The notes below the pieces were generated by a model. The model did no database searches, was not told the DNA's origin, and saw nothing but the letters and a program-made list of their open reading frames with translations. From Octopus sinensis (Eukaryota), in contig NC_042997.1 of the NCBI RefSeq assembly GCF_006345805.1, forward strand, positions 20,150,001-20,214,000: a DNA stretch of 64,000 nt, read 5' to 3'. Shown here one piece after another: positions 24,468 through 37,486 of the stretch. The translations under genes were made by a program, and so were the position numbers. Position 1 is the stretch's first letter. Each line of letters starts with the position of its first letter.

Positions 24468-26381
24468 GTATACTAAAAAAAACTTGTTGTTAAGATGCAT
24501 CTAACGAGGGCTACCATATGCTCTGAAAGACCATTGGTCAGCACCCAGAAATTTTCCCCAGTGCTCATGCACTGCTTCCTTTTCTCATACCACTGATGTG
24601 GTCCAAAGGAAATTTAAGAGATGCTATAACCTGGTACCAGTATCATTACAATATAATTGCTGGTGAAATACGAAGAGCTGGAACAGATGCTAAAAGACAT
24701 TTCATCCAATTCTCTAATGATGCTGGTAATCTGCTGACATGGGTTGGTTCTTTTATTTCTCTTCTTCAAAAGGGTAAAAAACAGCAAAATGGTGACTTTA
24801 GTGGGTTTAGAACACAGAGAAGCATAACAATTCCACCAAGGCATTGCAAACTACTTTGCTAATTTACAGCCTTTTAATAAAAAGGTTAAGAAATTAGCAA
24901 ATGGCAAAGTAAAATGGTAAGCACTTATAATCAATCTTTGAAGTTAACTTCTTCTACTTAATTAAATACATAAATAACAGTGTAACATTTCCGAAAACAA
25001 TTCAGCAAAACCAAAATAAATACTAAAATCATGTGAATAATATTAAAATTAAGCTAGTGTTACTTGACTAATCTGAAAATACATTTTAAAGGCGTATGTT
25101 CCTCTTAATGCCATTTTTATCGTTAGAATCATTATTTTCCAACTAATTAATTTGAATAATATATCTTGCTCAAAGGCAAAAATAAATATCTATGACAAAA
25201 TTTGGATTAATGGATACCGAATCACTTTTGAAGAAAGTTATTTGAAAGTAGAGATGTTCTGTAAATAAATAACATTAGAATCTCAGTTAAAATTGCTTGT
25301 CAAGTATTATATAATTTATCATTATCAATAGGTGACACATCAGCAAATTCATTAAAATGTCTTTTGAAAATTTATCAGGCTGAGCAAAAAGTATCTAGAA
25401 GATATTGCTGTTGTAAAATATTAATCATCTGATATATTCTGTTCACATAAACTATTTAACTAAAAGGTATTACAAATGTTGAAATGGATTGATGCAGCTA
25501 AAATATGTTTTAATGTTTAACAAATGCATTCTTTGTTTAGTTGCGCAGTATATAAAAAGGCAACAAAATAGCAACAACGTAAAGGAAAGTTGTGACATTA
25601 ATTTATAATTTGTTTTGCATTAATTTATCTAAAATAATGATATTGATAAACTGGATGATATGAGAGGTGATAAAATTCGTTATAAAATAATTTTGTATAA
25701 TATACTGATGGCATATCTCTACGACTGCCCCATAGCAAACTGGTATTTTTTTAAAGCAATTAACCAAACATTAAAGGAAAAATAATATAATGAACATTAA
25801 TAGTTTCAACAGGTGCATTTATATGAGAAAACAGAAGAAAAAAAATGCCTAATTGATCATCATAAAAATATATTTTGAATAATTTTCGCTAATGTACAGC
25901 AGAATATTATCCTATAAAATCAATTTGCTGCCTTGTCAAAACTTCATATTCCTTCGACCAATCAGTCATAATAATGTGATAAAAAGATATTGAATGTGTG
26001 GTAAATGTGTTATCTTTTATATTTTTTTTTTCTTAAATCATTCCATTTTCTCAATTAGTCTACATTTCTGCTTTCAATAAATGAATTGTTTCATCAAGAC
26101 ATTGATGTTTTTTTATTATTAGCAGGAGACAATTAAACAACTTTTAATCAATACAAAGAAATTAAGACACATTTGTTTCACCATTGATTTTTAAATCTTT
26201 TATATTATTTCGCATAAGGTAAATGTGATGAGCTTAAAAGCAAGAAAGTTTTACCAGTAGAATTCACAAATCAGTATATCTGGTAAGTGAATTTATGGAA
26301 AATATTGTTTGCTCTAGTGAAATAATAAAAATTCAAATTGTTTAGTATAATTAACAGTTGAAGAGTAGAAAAGTAATGGAC

Positions 26382-26384
<3 letters not shown>

Positions 26385-26461
<77 letters not shown>

Positions 26462-26640
26462 TTCTCTCTCTGTACATATATGTGTGTATGGATGTGCATA
26501 TGTTTTGGGTTAAGCCCACAGTGTGGAGCCTTAAGCAAGTGTCTTTGCTGTAGCATAGGTTGACCAAAGCCTTGAGTGGATTTGGTTAGAGGGAAGCTGA
26601 GAGAAGCATGTGATGCATGTGTGTATATATGTGTGTGTGT
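26385..26640 (+). repeat. (CT)n microsatellite followed by a degenerate family C SINE fragment
   Basis: Long CT tract, then GCCTTAAGCAAGTGTCTTTGCTGTAGC..GACCAAAGCCTTGAGTGGATTTGGTTAGA. Confidence 0.6.
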
Positions 26641-27039
26641 ATAAATATAAGAGTGGTGTAGTTTGCTTAAAGCACTGTAGTACTGAAGCAGAAATTGAAA
26701 GCAAAGGGAAATTAAGAAAGCTTCTAATAAAGCAGACAGTTTTACAAAAACAATTCACATTTCAAGCGCAAAAACTTATCTTCAGAAGGGAGCAGTCCAA
26801 GAAATGTGTATTTAAATTGATCTCACTATTTTATTTTAAACTGCTTGACATTTGGGTTAGCAGCAGCAGCAACTCTGCAACTGTTGGTACAAGCAATTAT
26901 TCAACTATTGGTTATGGCCTTTCATGTAGTGGTGGTGGAATATGGTCTTGGTAGCATATGTTATGATGCTGGTCATAGTCGTTGTGAAACATTCTTGAAT
27001 ATATATATACATATATTTCTCCCTGTTCCTCTTTTACTG

Positions 27040-27330
27040 CGGTTCTCACCGTTATAACCATGTTAACTCACGTGGATGGAAGGGGGAAACACATAGATTC
27101 TTTACTTGTACTGTTTGAATTCGCTAGCACTACCAGTCTGGAGATGTTCGTCTGAGGTGATTCATGTCGGATGGGTATGTTCATTATTTTTAGTGCTTTC
27201 AAATCCAAATTAAGAAATGTTGAGCTGACGAAAGAAATGTCGAGTTTTAATTCGGCTAATCTAGAAACGTGAACGTTCTCAAATAATCTTTGTACATGTA
27301 ATATTTTGTTTTCCCTCCAGATCTACGGGA
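27040..27330. promoter_or_regulatory. CpG-retaining island: candidate promoter/first exon or coding exon
   Basis: 12 CpG counted in about 295 bp against a CpG-poor background. Contains a CACGTG box, a + strand GG|GTATGT...TTTTGTTTTCCCTCCAG intron-like pair, and a - strand 83-codon open frame ending at AC|GTGAGT. Confidence 0.35.
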
Positions 27331-27495
27331 ATTATTTTTGAGTAATCACTATCAGGGAGATTCTTCTTAAAGTAGTAGAAATGGCTAAAGAAACTTTTTG
27401 GCTGCTATTTCTAAAAATTTCAGTATGTGGCAAAGTAAATTATTTTACTGAGCCCTTAATTATATAAAGTAATATATATATACGTATATATATGA

Positions 27496-27525
<30 letters not shown>

Positions 27526-27533
<8 letters not shown>

Positions 27534-28171
27534 CGACCAGCATGGAAAAGAAGGGTCTGGAAGCTTAAGGATACTCAGAAGGGACAGAGATTTAGAGATG
27601 TATTACTTGAAGCTTTTGACAGAAAACAGGAAGATGTAGCATCACATAATGTGGAGGACAACTTAAGGTTCCTATGGGACATCCTGTTGAAGGCTACTGA
27701 CCAGATCTGTGGCTGATGCAAAGTCCTCTCTCACCCTAAGGTAACAAGGTTGTGGAACAATGTTGTTGACAGAGCCATTAGGTAAGAAGAAACAAGCGTG
27801 GGAGTACTGGAAGTGTGGTGGTAGCAGGGAACCACTTAAGCTTGCCAGAAGGGAAGCTAGGAGACAGGTTTAATTAACCAGAGGGGAAGCAGATAAGTAA
27901 GATTTGCAAATGTTCTGTGTCTTGAGGACCAGAGACTTGATGTGTTTCAAATTGAAAGACAATGTGTGAAAGAAAATCCTGATGTCATAGCGGAGAAATG
28001 TATCTGCATGGATGAAGGCTCACTTGCATTTAATGCTTCTTCTGAGAGACTTGGAGATGCCACTCTGGAAGGTTGCTAAATGAAGACAATGAACAGGAGG
28101 AAGAGAGTCTGCCAAAGATCACCCAACAGAGGGACCACATATCCAAATTGACAGTACCTTGGTAGATAAAG
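27526..28171 (+). mobile_element. RTE LINE ORF2 internal fragment
   Basis: RPAWKRRVWKLKDTQKGQRFRDVLLEAFD...LRFLWDILLKATDQICG and EKCICMDEGSLAF; homologous to 13641-14250. Confidence 0.8.
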
Positions 28172-28244
28172 ATGTGAGTGGAAGAAAGGAAGCAGGGGAG
28201 AGAGAGAGGCACGAACACTTACAAATACCAAGACCTCCAAATCA

Positions 28245-29140
28245 CTTGGGCAATGCAGCTTGATTGTGGGACATTGGAGAGAGTCTGACATTGACTAGGC
28301 ATTTGAGTCCCTCAAAGATTAGGTTGTTGAAGCGTTGGAGGCACAATGGGTTGGTAAGATGAGCTGACTCTAAATATAGAAGCTTAGGGATTAAAAGGTA
28401 ATTCCTAAGTATGAAAAAAACCTTGATGGGGTTTGATAGCTTCAATATTTCTCAGCAATTGCTCAAGGGCAGTTACCTTCGACTGGAAGATAGACTCAAA
28501 GGCAAGGTCAGTGATTGGGGCACCTAGAGAGCACCAAGCCGATGGGGAAGGTACTGCAATGGAAGGGAAGGACTCTGCAAAAAGGTCAATGGTTGATTGA
28601 TGTTGAGATGCAGGGTGGTTGAGGATCCAGAGGTCACATCTGAAGCTGTTTACTTGGAGACCCCAGTGACCAAGCTCCCTAACCATCATGTGAGCAATGT
28701 AAGAACCTTGTCCAGAAGTTCTCTCAAACAAGCCTCGTCGAGATACCAGGTGTTGAGGTCTAGCTCAACACCCGTCTTGGTGATGTCATCAATGCCCAGT
28801 GCAAACAGAGTGGACCTGAGTGGGTTGCTCTGTTGGACTTCTGAGGCAGAGGTGATGATTTGGTCACCAAAAGAGAGAAAGGAGAGCTCCCAATAAGCCT
28901 GCCATGCAAGGCAGTAGAGTTGTGGGACCTCTCTCTTACTGAGGATAGCATTCTGGCTGATGGAGTTGAAGGCATTCTTAAGGTCAAGTTTGAGGATGAC
29001 TTTGGCATAAGCTCTGGTAGCATGGGTGGCAGCTTCACATCCCAATTTGGTGCCCACTTCTAGCTGAGTGGGGGAAATCCCTCCTCCAATAAGTTAGATA
29101 CCGATTGTAAGCACACCTTTGCAGTGAGACAGTGAAGGAT
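28245..29140 (-). mobile_element. CRE-clade-like non-LTR retrotransposon RT fragment (frameshifted)
   Basis: Three overlapping minus ORFs: PTQLEVGTKLGCEAATHA..ILKLDLKNAFNSIS..SASEVQQSNPLRSTLFALGIDD..LNTWYLDEACL, GLQVNSFRCDL..SLGAPI, and FFILRNYLLIPKLLYL..QAALP. These match CRE-type motifs as I recall them (QLGVG..GCEAAVHA, KLDF.NAFN, GVQQGDPLGP.LF, WYLDD). Confidence 0.75.
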
Positions 29141-30600
29141 GCAGCTCGCACTGTGTGTATTATAAGCATTACAATATCTTATATTCCTCTAATAAATTAA
29201 GTAATTTTAGAATAGGAAAAGAATAATTATATTAATGATATTGAAGTCCTTAGGAAGTTTTAAAGTTGCTATTTTGTATTGAATGATCTTAAATGTAATT
29301 ATATTAATTTAAATTAAATTTTAAATTAGACCCTATTCTAAATATTATATATTTCTAGTATTATATTATTCCTTTGTAAGTATAAGTGCATTAAATTATA
29401 AACATTTTGATCTAAAGTGAACTATGTCCTCTGAAAAATAAGAAATTTCATTTATTTATGTAAAAATTAGTATAGATAAAAATTATTTTTGCAGAAATAA
29501 TATTTATTGTACACCATATTAAAAACATACTTTGTAAATTGCTTTTGTGAAATTATGTCCCTTCTATTCTTTTCTAAGTATAAAGGCATATAAACATTAT
29601 GATGAGATATTTTCCTCTTAAACGCTAAGTAATTTTGATTGTAATTTTAGCATTATTCTTTTTAGTATGGAAATGAGTAATTACCAAAAGGATATTTATG
29701 AAGTTACTATGATAACTAATTAATTCAGTGTTTATTTAATTTCTATGATAATTATGTTATTATGCTAGTATATTTTATAAAGTTTCTTTCTTATATAAAC
29801 TACTTAATTTCTGATTATTAATCTTTGATTTTTAGTAAGGGTTATTATAAATAATTAATGCAATGTAATTTATAATATTATTTGCTATTTGAGTAGAGAT
29901 GATAAAGTATTTTAAATATATTATTTTATCATTTACCTATAGCTAAGTAGCATATTGTTATTATAATGTATTTTTAATAATATGAAAGAATGAAAGGAAT
30001 ATTTATTTTACCATGTTTTTTAAAATATTTTTTAAAATATTGTTCCTGGTATTTTAAAAAACTAATGTGCAAAAATATATTTAGATTAAAATACTTAATA
30101 GTATACAAATGTATTTTAAGACCGTTATATTAGTTTATTTTTCATATTTTATTTTTTATGTTTTAACTTCATTTTTGTTCTTAATTATTGACACTCATGC
30201 TTGAAAACACAATTATATTTAAATTCAGTCTTTTCTTCGATCTGTGAATCTTCATATATCAAAAATTACACTGAAGAGATTCTTACCCACAAACAATAGA
30301 TTTTTATAATTTTATTATGGGTAAGAATCGAAACAATTGTATGTAATTTGTATTTAACATTTATTATATTATTATATTATATTATATAATTATAAGAATA
30401 TAATGTAATATAATATTACGTTAATAAATTTTAATTTTTGAATTGACAACTGTATATCTCCATTTTCTTTTCATTTTTATGAATTTAATATATACCCATG
30501 TGAATTGTAAAGTTTTTCTCTACTAAATTGGATACTAAACAGTGGAGTCAGTGAAAGATTGGATGTTTTCATCTCTACTTTCCCTCTGTGTGTATGTATA

Positions 30601-30690
<90 letters not shown>

Positions 30691-30691
<1 letters not shown>

Positions 30692-30930
30692 GGTGCAATG
30701 GCCCAGTGTTTAGGGAAGTGGATTCATGGTCATAGGATAGTGGTTTTAATTCTCAGATCAGGCGTTGAGATTGTTTATTGAGTGCAAACACCTAAAGCTC
30801 CATGAGGCTCTGGTAGGGGGGGGGGCAATCCCAGCTGTACTCTTTCACCACAACTTTCTCTCACTCTTTCTTCCTGTTTCTGTTATACTTGTATTTCAAA
30901 GGGCCAGCTTCATCACAAACTGTGTCATGC
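30691..30930 (+). mobile_element. tRNA-derived SINE family B, 3'-truncated, next to a (TA)n tract (30590-30690)
   Basis: AGGTGCAATGGCCCAGTG head; ACTCTTTCACCACAACTTTCTCTCACTC..GTATTTCAAAGGGCCAGC as in 21730-22111. Confidence 0.8.
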
Positions 30931-32157
30931 TGCTAGTGGTGGTGGTGGTGGTGGTGTTAGTGGTGATGGTGGTGGTAGTGGTTGTTTACATTTTCCATTG
31001 AGCTCAAATGTGTTGGAAAGCAATTTTTTTACCAATTCATAGACTTAACTTCTTCTACAAATATGATCAGAAAGTGACATTATTTGTGATATTTTATCAT
31101 AGTTTTCATGATACTAAACAGCATATCTTTGCCAGTTTAGTGATGTGATGGTTTCAACATTGTAAATTAATAAATCGCTTCTCAGACCATCTCCATATGG
31201 TCTTTTCTTGCTATTTAGCACCTCTTGTGGTCATTTGTATTTATGCCATCACCAGTGAACAAGTGGTAGACTTAATTTCTCACCCTGTCTGTTCTAACAT
31301 TACCATCTGTCTCTTTGGTATCTTTAGAGTATCCACTGTTACAAGCAACCAGGTCACATCTTTGGCAAAAAGATAGCTTCTCTACTTCTCTCCAATCACC
31401 AAAGTTCTGAAAAGAGTCAAGAGTGCAGCCTGCACTCCACATGTGATTTAGCCATTAAGAACTGTAGTGAACTGGGCCTATGACAGTCATGTGTATTTGG
31501 TTTTGACTCAGTGTAACATTGGGAAAGAAAGACAAACCATAAATCAAGTGGCTCGTAGGTCATCATCTTACCAATTCAGTTAGCTGTGAATCACTTGAAG
31601 AAATATTATTGTAATTAATTTGATTCATTTGAAAGAAGAGATAAAATTACAAAGAAGAAATGAACATACTCCAGAAATAAAAAAATATCAAACAAGAAAA
31701 TTTTTATCATGTCTTCCTGTAACCTATAAATAAATTTAATTGAATGTGACCTTAGGTAAGGCATACAATTATAAGCTGCAGAACATGTCATTAATTATAC
31801 ATTACTCTTCCATTGAGCCACTATTATAGATTACATTATGTTGTACTTTATTAAACTTTAGAATTTAGTTGAATCTCTAGCTATGACAATCCCTGTTGAC
31901 CTATGAATAAAATATTACAGACTTTAGTTCTAGCACCTAAGGCAATAAAAATTTGTTTCAGAAAAAGAAGTATTAATTGCAGATTAAGCAATTTATGTGG
32001 ACATCTCTTCATTAGTTTTGTTTCTTATTGTCTTGTAATATCTTGGTTTTCAAGTATCTCCGTGGATTGTGTAGAAGTTGTTTTTTGAGTAGCTCTAATC
32101 AGTTCTGCTTGAGGAGATACAAGACATAATGATAGCCACTTATACACAAGTCTCTTA

Positions 32158-32198
<41 letters not shown>

Positions 32199-32201
32199 TA
32201 T

Positions 32202-32257
<56 letters not shown>

Positions 32258-32620
32258 ATATATATATATATAATGTGAGTGTGCGTGTTTGTGTGTGTGT
32301 GTGTGTGGTGCATTAGTCTTTTCAGAGACCATTTTATGTACACCATTCTGTTCATGTATAGTTAAATACTGTTGTGATGATTATAATGGAAATACATAGA
32401 ACAGATCTAAAGCAGGACAACCTTGATTTCTTGATATTCACAGAATGTGATTGGTGATCTGGTACAGAATTTACACTGAATTCCATGATTAATATTGCAT
32501 TTACTTTGTTTTGTATGAGTCCTAAAAATGGAGAACATGCATTTTATATTGTTTTAAATTATTTTGTAATTTTCCTGGAATTGCTTTTGTATCTGTGGTT
32601 TTTAAAACATTTTTTTGAGT

Positions 32621-32915
32621 GGAGGCACATGGCCTAGTTGTTAGACTTGCAGTCGAGGGATCGTAGGTTTGAATCTCAGACTGGGCGATGTATGTGTTTA
32701 TGAGCAAAACACCTAAGCTCCATGCTGCTCTGGCAGAAGATAATAGCGAACTTCTGCTGACTCTTTCGCCACAACTTTCTCTCACTCTTTCCTCCTGCAT
32801 CTTTCAGTTCACCTGCGACAGACTGGCGTCCCGTCCAGGTGGGGAACTTATGCACCAAGGAAACCGGGAAACTGGCCCTTATGAGCCAAACATGGCTTGA
32901 AAAGGAACAAACAAA
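32621..32915 (+). mobile_element. tRNA-derived SINE family B variant with GACTGGCGTCCCGTCCAGG motif
   Basis: GGAGGCACATGGCCTAG head, GTTTGAATCTCAGACTGGG B-box and (AAC)n-like tail. Confidence 0.85.
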
Positions 32916-32999
32916 ACAACAAAACTTTTTTGTGTGGCTTAGCCAGAGGAGGACAGGCAATATACATGACCATTTTTCAGGGAATTTAAAACTTTGATG

Positions 33000-35000
33000 G
33001 TGGTGGTGATGAGTAACAAAGTTACAGCCTTATTCTTTTGGCACTGAAGAGCAGAATACCAAGAAGGTTTGGTGGGTATTTTTGTATCTGTTGTTTAGCG
33101 GGTATTTAGCAGCTATCTCCTGTTCCTGGATAGCAAAGGCATATCCTTCTAGGTGGAATGTAATGTATCTATCACAAGTCCATGTGAGGTTAGTCTATAT
33201 TGTTGCTATCCTCTAACTAACAGGATATGTGTGAAGGCACATGGCCTAGTGGTTAGAGCAGTGGACTCATGGTCGAGGGATCGTGGGTTTGAATCTCAGA
33301 CTGGGTGACGTGTGTGTTTATGAGTGAGACATCTAAACTCCATGTGGTTCCGGCAGAAGGTAATGGCAAACTTCTGCTGACTCTTTCACCACAACTTTCT
33401 CTCATTCTTTCCTCCTGCATTTTGTAGCTCCCCTGTGATGGACTGGCATCCCAACCAGGTGGGGAACCTATACACCAAGGAAACCGGGAAACCGGCCCTA
33501 TGAGCCTGGTGCGGCTCAAGAAGGAACAAACAAACAACAACAACAGGCTAAGTACCTGTGCATTGCTTTTTGCTGATATGATGCCAGTTTTTTCTCCAAG
33601 CTTGTTTAGGTAGGCCAGTCCAGCCTCCTTTGGGTCGCATGAGACAGTTTTATTCTCAAAGTATTGCTTAGTAGTTTTTCAACTCTGAAGATGTTGTTGC
33701 TCTCACTTTTGAGTATGAAAAACAATGTTACTCATTTCTTTCTTTGCTGTTCGCTGGGTATTGTATGAGTGATACAATGCAATATTCAACAACTGATTGG
33801 ACTGACCTTATACTTCTACTGTAAGTTCTTCATCTCACATAGATCCTATTGGTGTTGCTGTTATATCCAGTCCAATATCCCAAATGTTGGTACTAGTGGT
33901 GGTACTGCAAAAGCATTACCATATATGGTCTTGTTAAATGCAGTCAGCTCCGAGTTCCATATTTTCTAGAGTCTATTGAAGTACTCTTTTGTTACTTTCC
34001 TTTTAGTCACAGCACCAATGTATGCAACATTCTCATCAATTCCAAGATACTTATAGTTTTCATCATTAGAGATTGGTTAGATAGACAAGCCATTGATGTA
34101 CATGTTTTCTTGTATGGTCACCAATCTTCCCTCAGCTGGCTATCATGTATGAGTATTTATCTTGCCCAAATTCCATTTGTATGTCTCATGAGAATGTTGT
34201 GACTAGTTTTAACTGTCTCTTGATGTTGTTTATGTTAGCAGAATATAACTTTAGGTCATCAACAAAAAATGTGTGAGTAATATTAATTTTATTCTTTTTT
34301 GCATGTCACACTATGTAACCATGTCATTTTGCTAACACAGATGACAAACAACATTATAAATAAAGCTGACAGATAACATTATAAGTAAACTATCACACAG
34401 GAATATGCCTCTCGAAAGCTTAATTCTATCTGTAACAATAGGTGTTACATTAGTAGTTGTCCATGTGTGGACCATGTTGTTGTCACTCTTTGAATAGCAT
34501 TCATTATAGCAGTGGGTCCTTAGGCAAGGTTTAGTAATTCCATCATCCATGAGTAGGGACAGAATCAAAAACCACCATTTGTTTGACAGTGCCCTTGGAG
34601 AAACATATTCAGATAGCCTGTGTACAGTTTGTACAAAGTATTCAAGTATGCAATGGGCCTATAGTTTTTGGCCACATGGGTCTCTTTGTTCTTGGGTATA
34701 AGAGTAGTTCATGCAACTGTCAACCAATCTGGTACATTTAGTTTTGCTTCCATTTTCTTTTAAACAGAGTTTTGAGAATCCCTCTGTAAAACATGAGCTC
34801 TTTTTACCTAATAAACATGTGGAGTGTTTCACTGGTGATGTTATATATTTTGGGAGAGGCATTTGCATAATATTCATTCTGTATTTCATTTAATGCTGCT
34901 GCATCACGATTGTATCCTTTGTTTACATCCCAGATTCCCCACCAGAATGACTCCTGGGGAGGAGGATTTATTACCTTGATGGTATTGCCTTTCATACGGC
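33000..35000 (-). mobile_element. R4/Dong-like LINE RT fragment, interrupted by a SINE
   Basis: Minus-strand peptides KGNTIKVINPPPQESFWWGIWD..NEIQNEYY, IPKNKETHVAKNYRPIAYLNTLYKLYTG, IKLSRGIFLCDSL, ITHTFFVDDLKLY and LEGYAFAIQEQEI, in R4-type order. Confidence 0.8.
33233..33545 (+). mobile_element. tRNA-derived SINE family B variant nested in the R4/Dong LINE
   Basis: Homologous to 32621-32915; LINE peptides resume on both sides. Confidence 0.85.
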
Positions 35001-35004
35001 AATA

Positions 35005-35335
35005 TTCAGTTTGTATGTATGTGTGCATGTATGTATGTATGTGTGCATGTATATATGTATGTATGTACGTATGTATGAATGTATGTATGCATGTATGCAT
35101 GTATGTATGTATGTTATGTATGTATGTATGTATGTATGTATTTATGTATGCATGCATGTGTGTATATATGTATGAATATATGCATGTATGTATATATGTA
35201 TGAACGTATGCATGTATGTATGTATGTATGTATGTATGAATGTATACATGTGTGCGTGTATGTGAGTATGTATGTATGTGTGTGTGTGTGTGTGTGGTGT
35301 GTGTGTGTGTGTGGTGTGTGTGTGTGTGTATGCAT
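35005..35335. repeat. (TATG)n/(TG)n compound microsatellite
   Basis: Direct inspection. Confidence 0.95.
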
Positions 35336-36049
35336 GTTTGTATATTGCCTACCTGTATAGTTCGTAATTGCCATTTTTTTAAAAGGAAATGGAGGATAAT
35401 GAAACACCTATGAAGAACTGCTGCCATGCATACTAATGTTGCTGTATTTTGGTCAAATACAGTATTGGAAAGTTTTTGAAATCTGGTTATCTATCTAATT
35501 TGTTTGGATTTAATTTATGTATTGAAACTATAAGTGAGCTACTTTATTGTTATTTAGCTTCAAGTTAACCCTTATCAAGATGAAGCAAACCTGTGACATG
35601 AGGTGGCTCAGCTACAATAATTGTCTTTACTTTTTTTCATGCTTATGTAGTTCTATATATTCCAATATGTTCATTTCTATTCAAAACGGTTGGTTGTGTT
35701 ATTTCTAACAGGTCAAACAAACCGTAAGCTACTACTTAACCATATTAAAATATCTAGCAGCTTATTTCTTTTAAATATTTTCTAAATACCTTCAAAGATC
35801 ATCTCTGCCTTGTAATAAGCCATAAAAGCTAGAACTACTAACTTTCAACAAAATAACAAAGTTAAACAGAAATTTCTGGAATACCAATTAGGAGATAAAA
35901 TCAAAATCAACACATGGATGTTTGGAGCAGATATATCCCTTAACAATGGAAATCTATATATTTTAAAACCTTTAAGCCTATTATTATTTAGTATAGATTT
36001 TTAATTTATAGCTTTATTAGTCTGTTCATTAAAAATGTGTCAGCCTCAC

Positions 36050-36600
36050 TTTCTCCCACCGAATAAAGTTGAGGCTTTCAAAGAAAATGTAGGTTAATGT
36101 AGTAGCATAGTTGATTCTTACTTTTCTAAATGTCTTTGATTTCTTTCCCTCATATAATGAGCCAAAGGCACTACTGTAAAGCCTTTATCTACTTATTACT
36201 ATCCTTTGTCATTTTACTTGGAAAACCTAAATTTCTAAGATCTGACCTCAACCTAAATCTGTCTGTCTTTTATGTACTACTTTGATTTTTATTTACTTCA
36301 GATCCATTTCGATATAAAGACAATTTATCGATTATTTTTTTATCTTTATACCAATGCAATCAGCTTTTATTACTTTGATAACCAGTCATCTCCTTAGTCT
36401 ACTTTTACTCACTGAGCTTGACATAGATGTTCATGCAGCACTTTTAAGATAGATTATTTCCCTATAATTGCTGTGGGTTTCTTTTTGCAGCTCCCTTTAC
36501 TATACAATATCACGCTTCTAATGTTCCATGTAATTTACTTTTTGAATACTAAATAAATTACAAAGATACCAATCTTCTCATATCTTTCTTATAGTTCAGA
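36050..36600 (-). mobile_element. Highly degenerate LINE RT remnant (clade uncertain)
   Basis: Only a KG....SNYR(G)ISL..IYVKL-like block and a weak KAF-like block are visible. Confidence 0.3.
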
Positions 36601-37486
36601 AATTTTGTCAGCACTACCTTCATTCTCTAATTAAATAGTCTAAATATTAAATACATACTATTACTCTTGAGCTGTTACAGCAAACCAGCCTCAAGATACA
36701 TTCTACTTCATTATTAAGTACACCAATATATTTGGTGTACATTATATTATCTGTAGTAAATTAACTAAATAGTTATTGGTAGGCTCCTTGAAAGTCATAT
36801 TTGCAGTTTTAATTCCCAAAGTGATCCACTTATCTGAACTTTCTGCTCACACCTTTGTTTCTAATTAAGACTTTTGACTCTTTGTACTTAGTTTTTAGCA
36901 ATGCTGCAGAGTGCAATTTAGCTGGTGAATTGGCAGAGCTGTTGGACTGACAGATAGAATGCTTTATGGTATTTATTGAAATTGTCTAAGCTCTGTGTTC
37001 AAAACTTGCCATGGCTAATCTTGTTTTTCATTATTGTAATGTCAATGAAATGCACAAATCTACAGCAGTGATTTGGCAAGACTATCTGAACAAATGTCTT
37101 GTAATCTAGACCAACTATGGTTGTGGGCAAGTTTGTAAGCAAAGCTTTCAAATATAATCCTTCATTGTGTGATTCTGTATGGATTTTTTTGCTTGAATAT
37201 TCGTTACTTCAATGTTCAAGTCAGAGATCCATTGCTGAATTTCTACAACTTCTCTATGGATGGTTAGTTTTATTGTTTGGCAGGAATAGAAATGTAAGTT
37301 TCAGGTCAGGTATTGCTTAATCAGAGTGGGAAGGGCAATATCCTGCAAGCATTTTTGGGTGCCTTTGAACATTCATGGAAGAAGCTTTTCTTTGACTAGA
37401 GACCTATGCACAAAGTGGACCAAAGGCACCTTGATACCAGAGGGTGGGATTGAACTGGGAGGCAGATTAAATCTACTGCCCATTCA

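Noticed and set aside
24596-24862. 88-aa ORF that looks protein-like
   Set aside because: No recognisable domain or exon boundaries; probably a decayed repeat.
24870-26282. Plus-strand exon-like segments 24870-24916 (PFNKKVKKLANGKVK) and 26219-26282 (KCDELKSKKVLPVEFTNQYI) with GTAAG donors
   Set aside because: Phases are incompatible with each other, the second uses an AAG acceptor, and there is no recognisable homology.
28597-29063. Plus-strand ORFs over the CRE fragment; likewise 21492-21852, 22119-22346 and 40021-40491
   Set aside because: Antisense shadows of real or former coding frames on the opposite strand.
29160-30480. Possible NUMT or mitochondrial control region
   Set aside because: No mitochondrial gene or tRNA motifs recognised.
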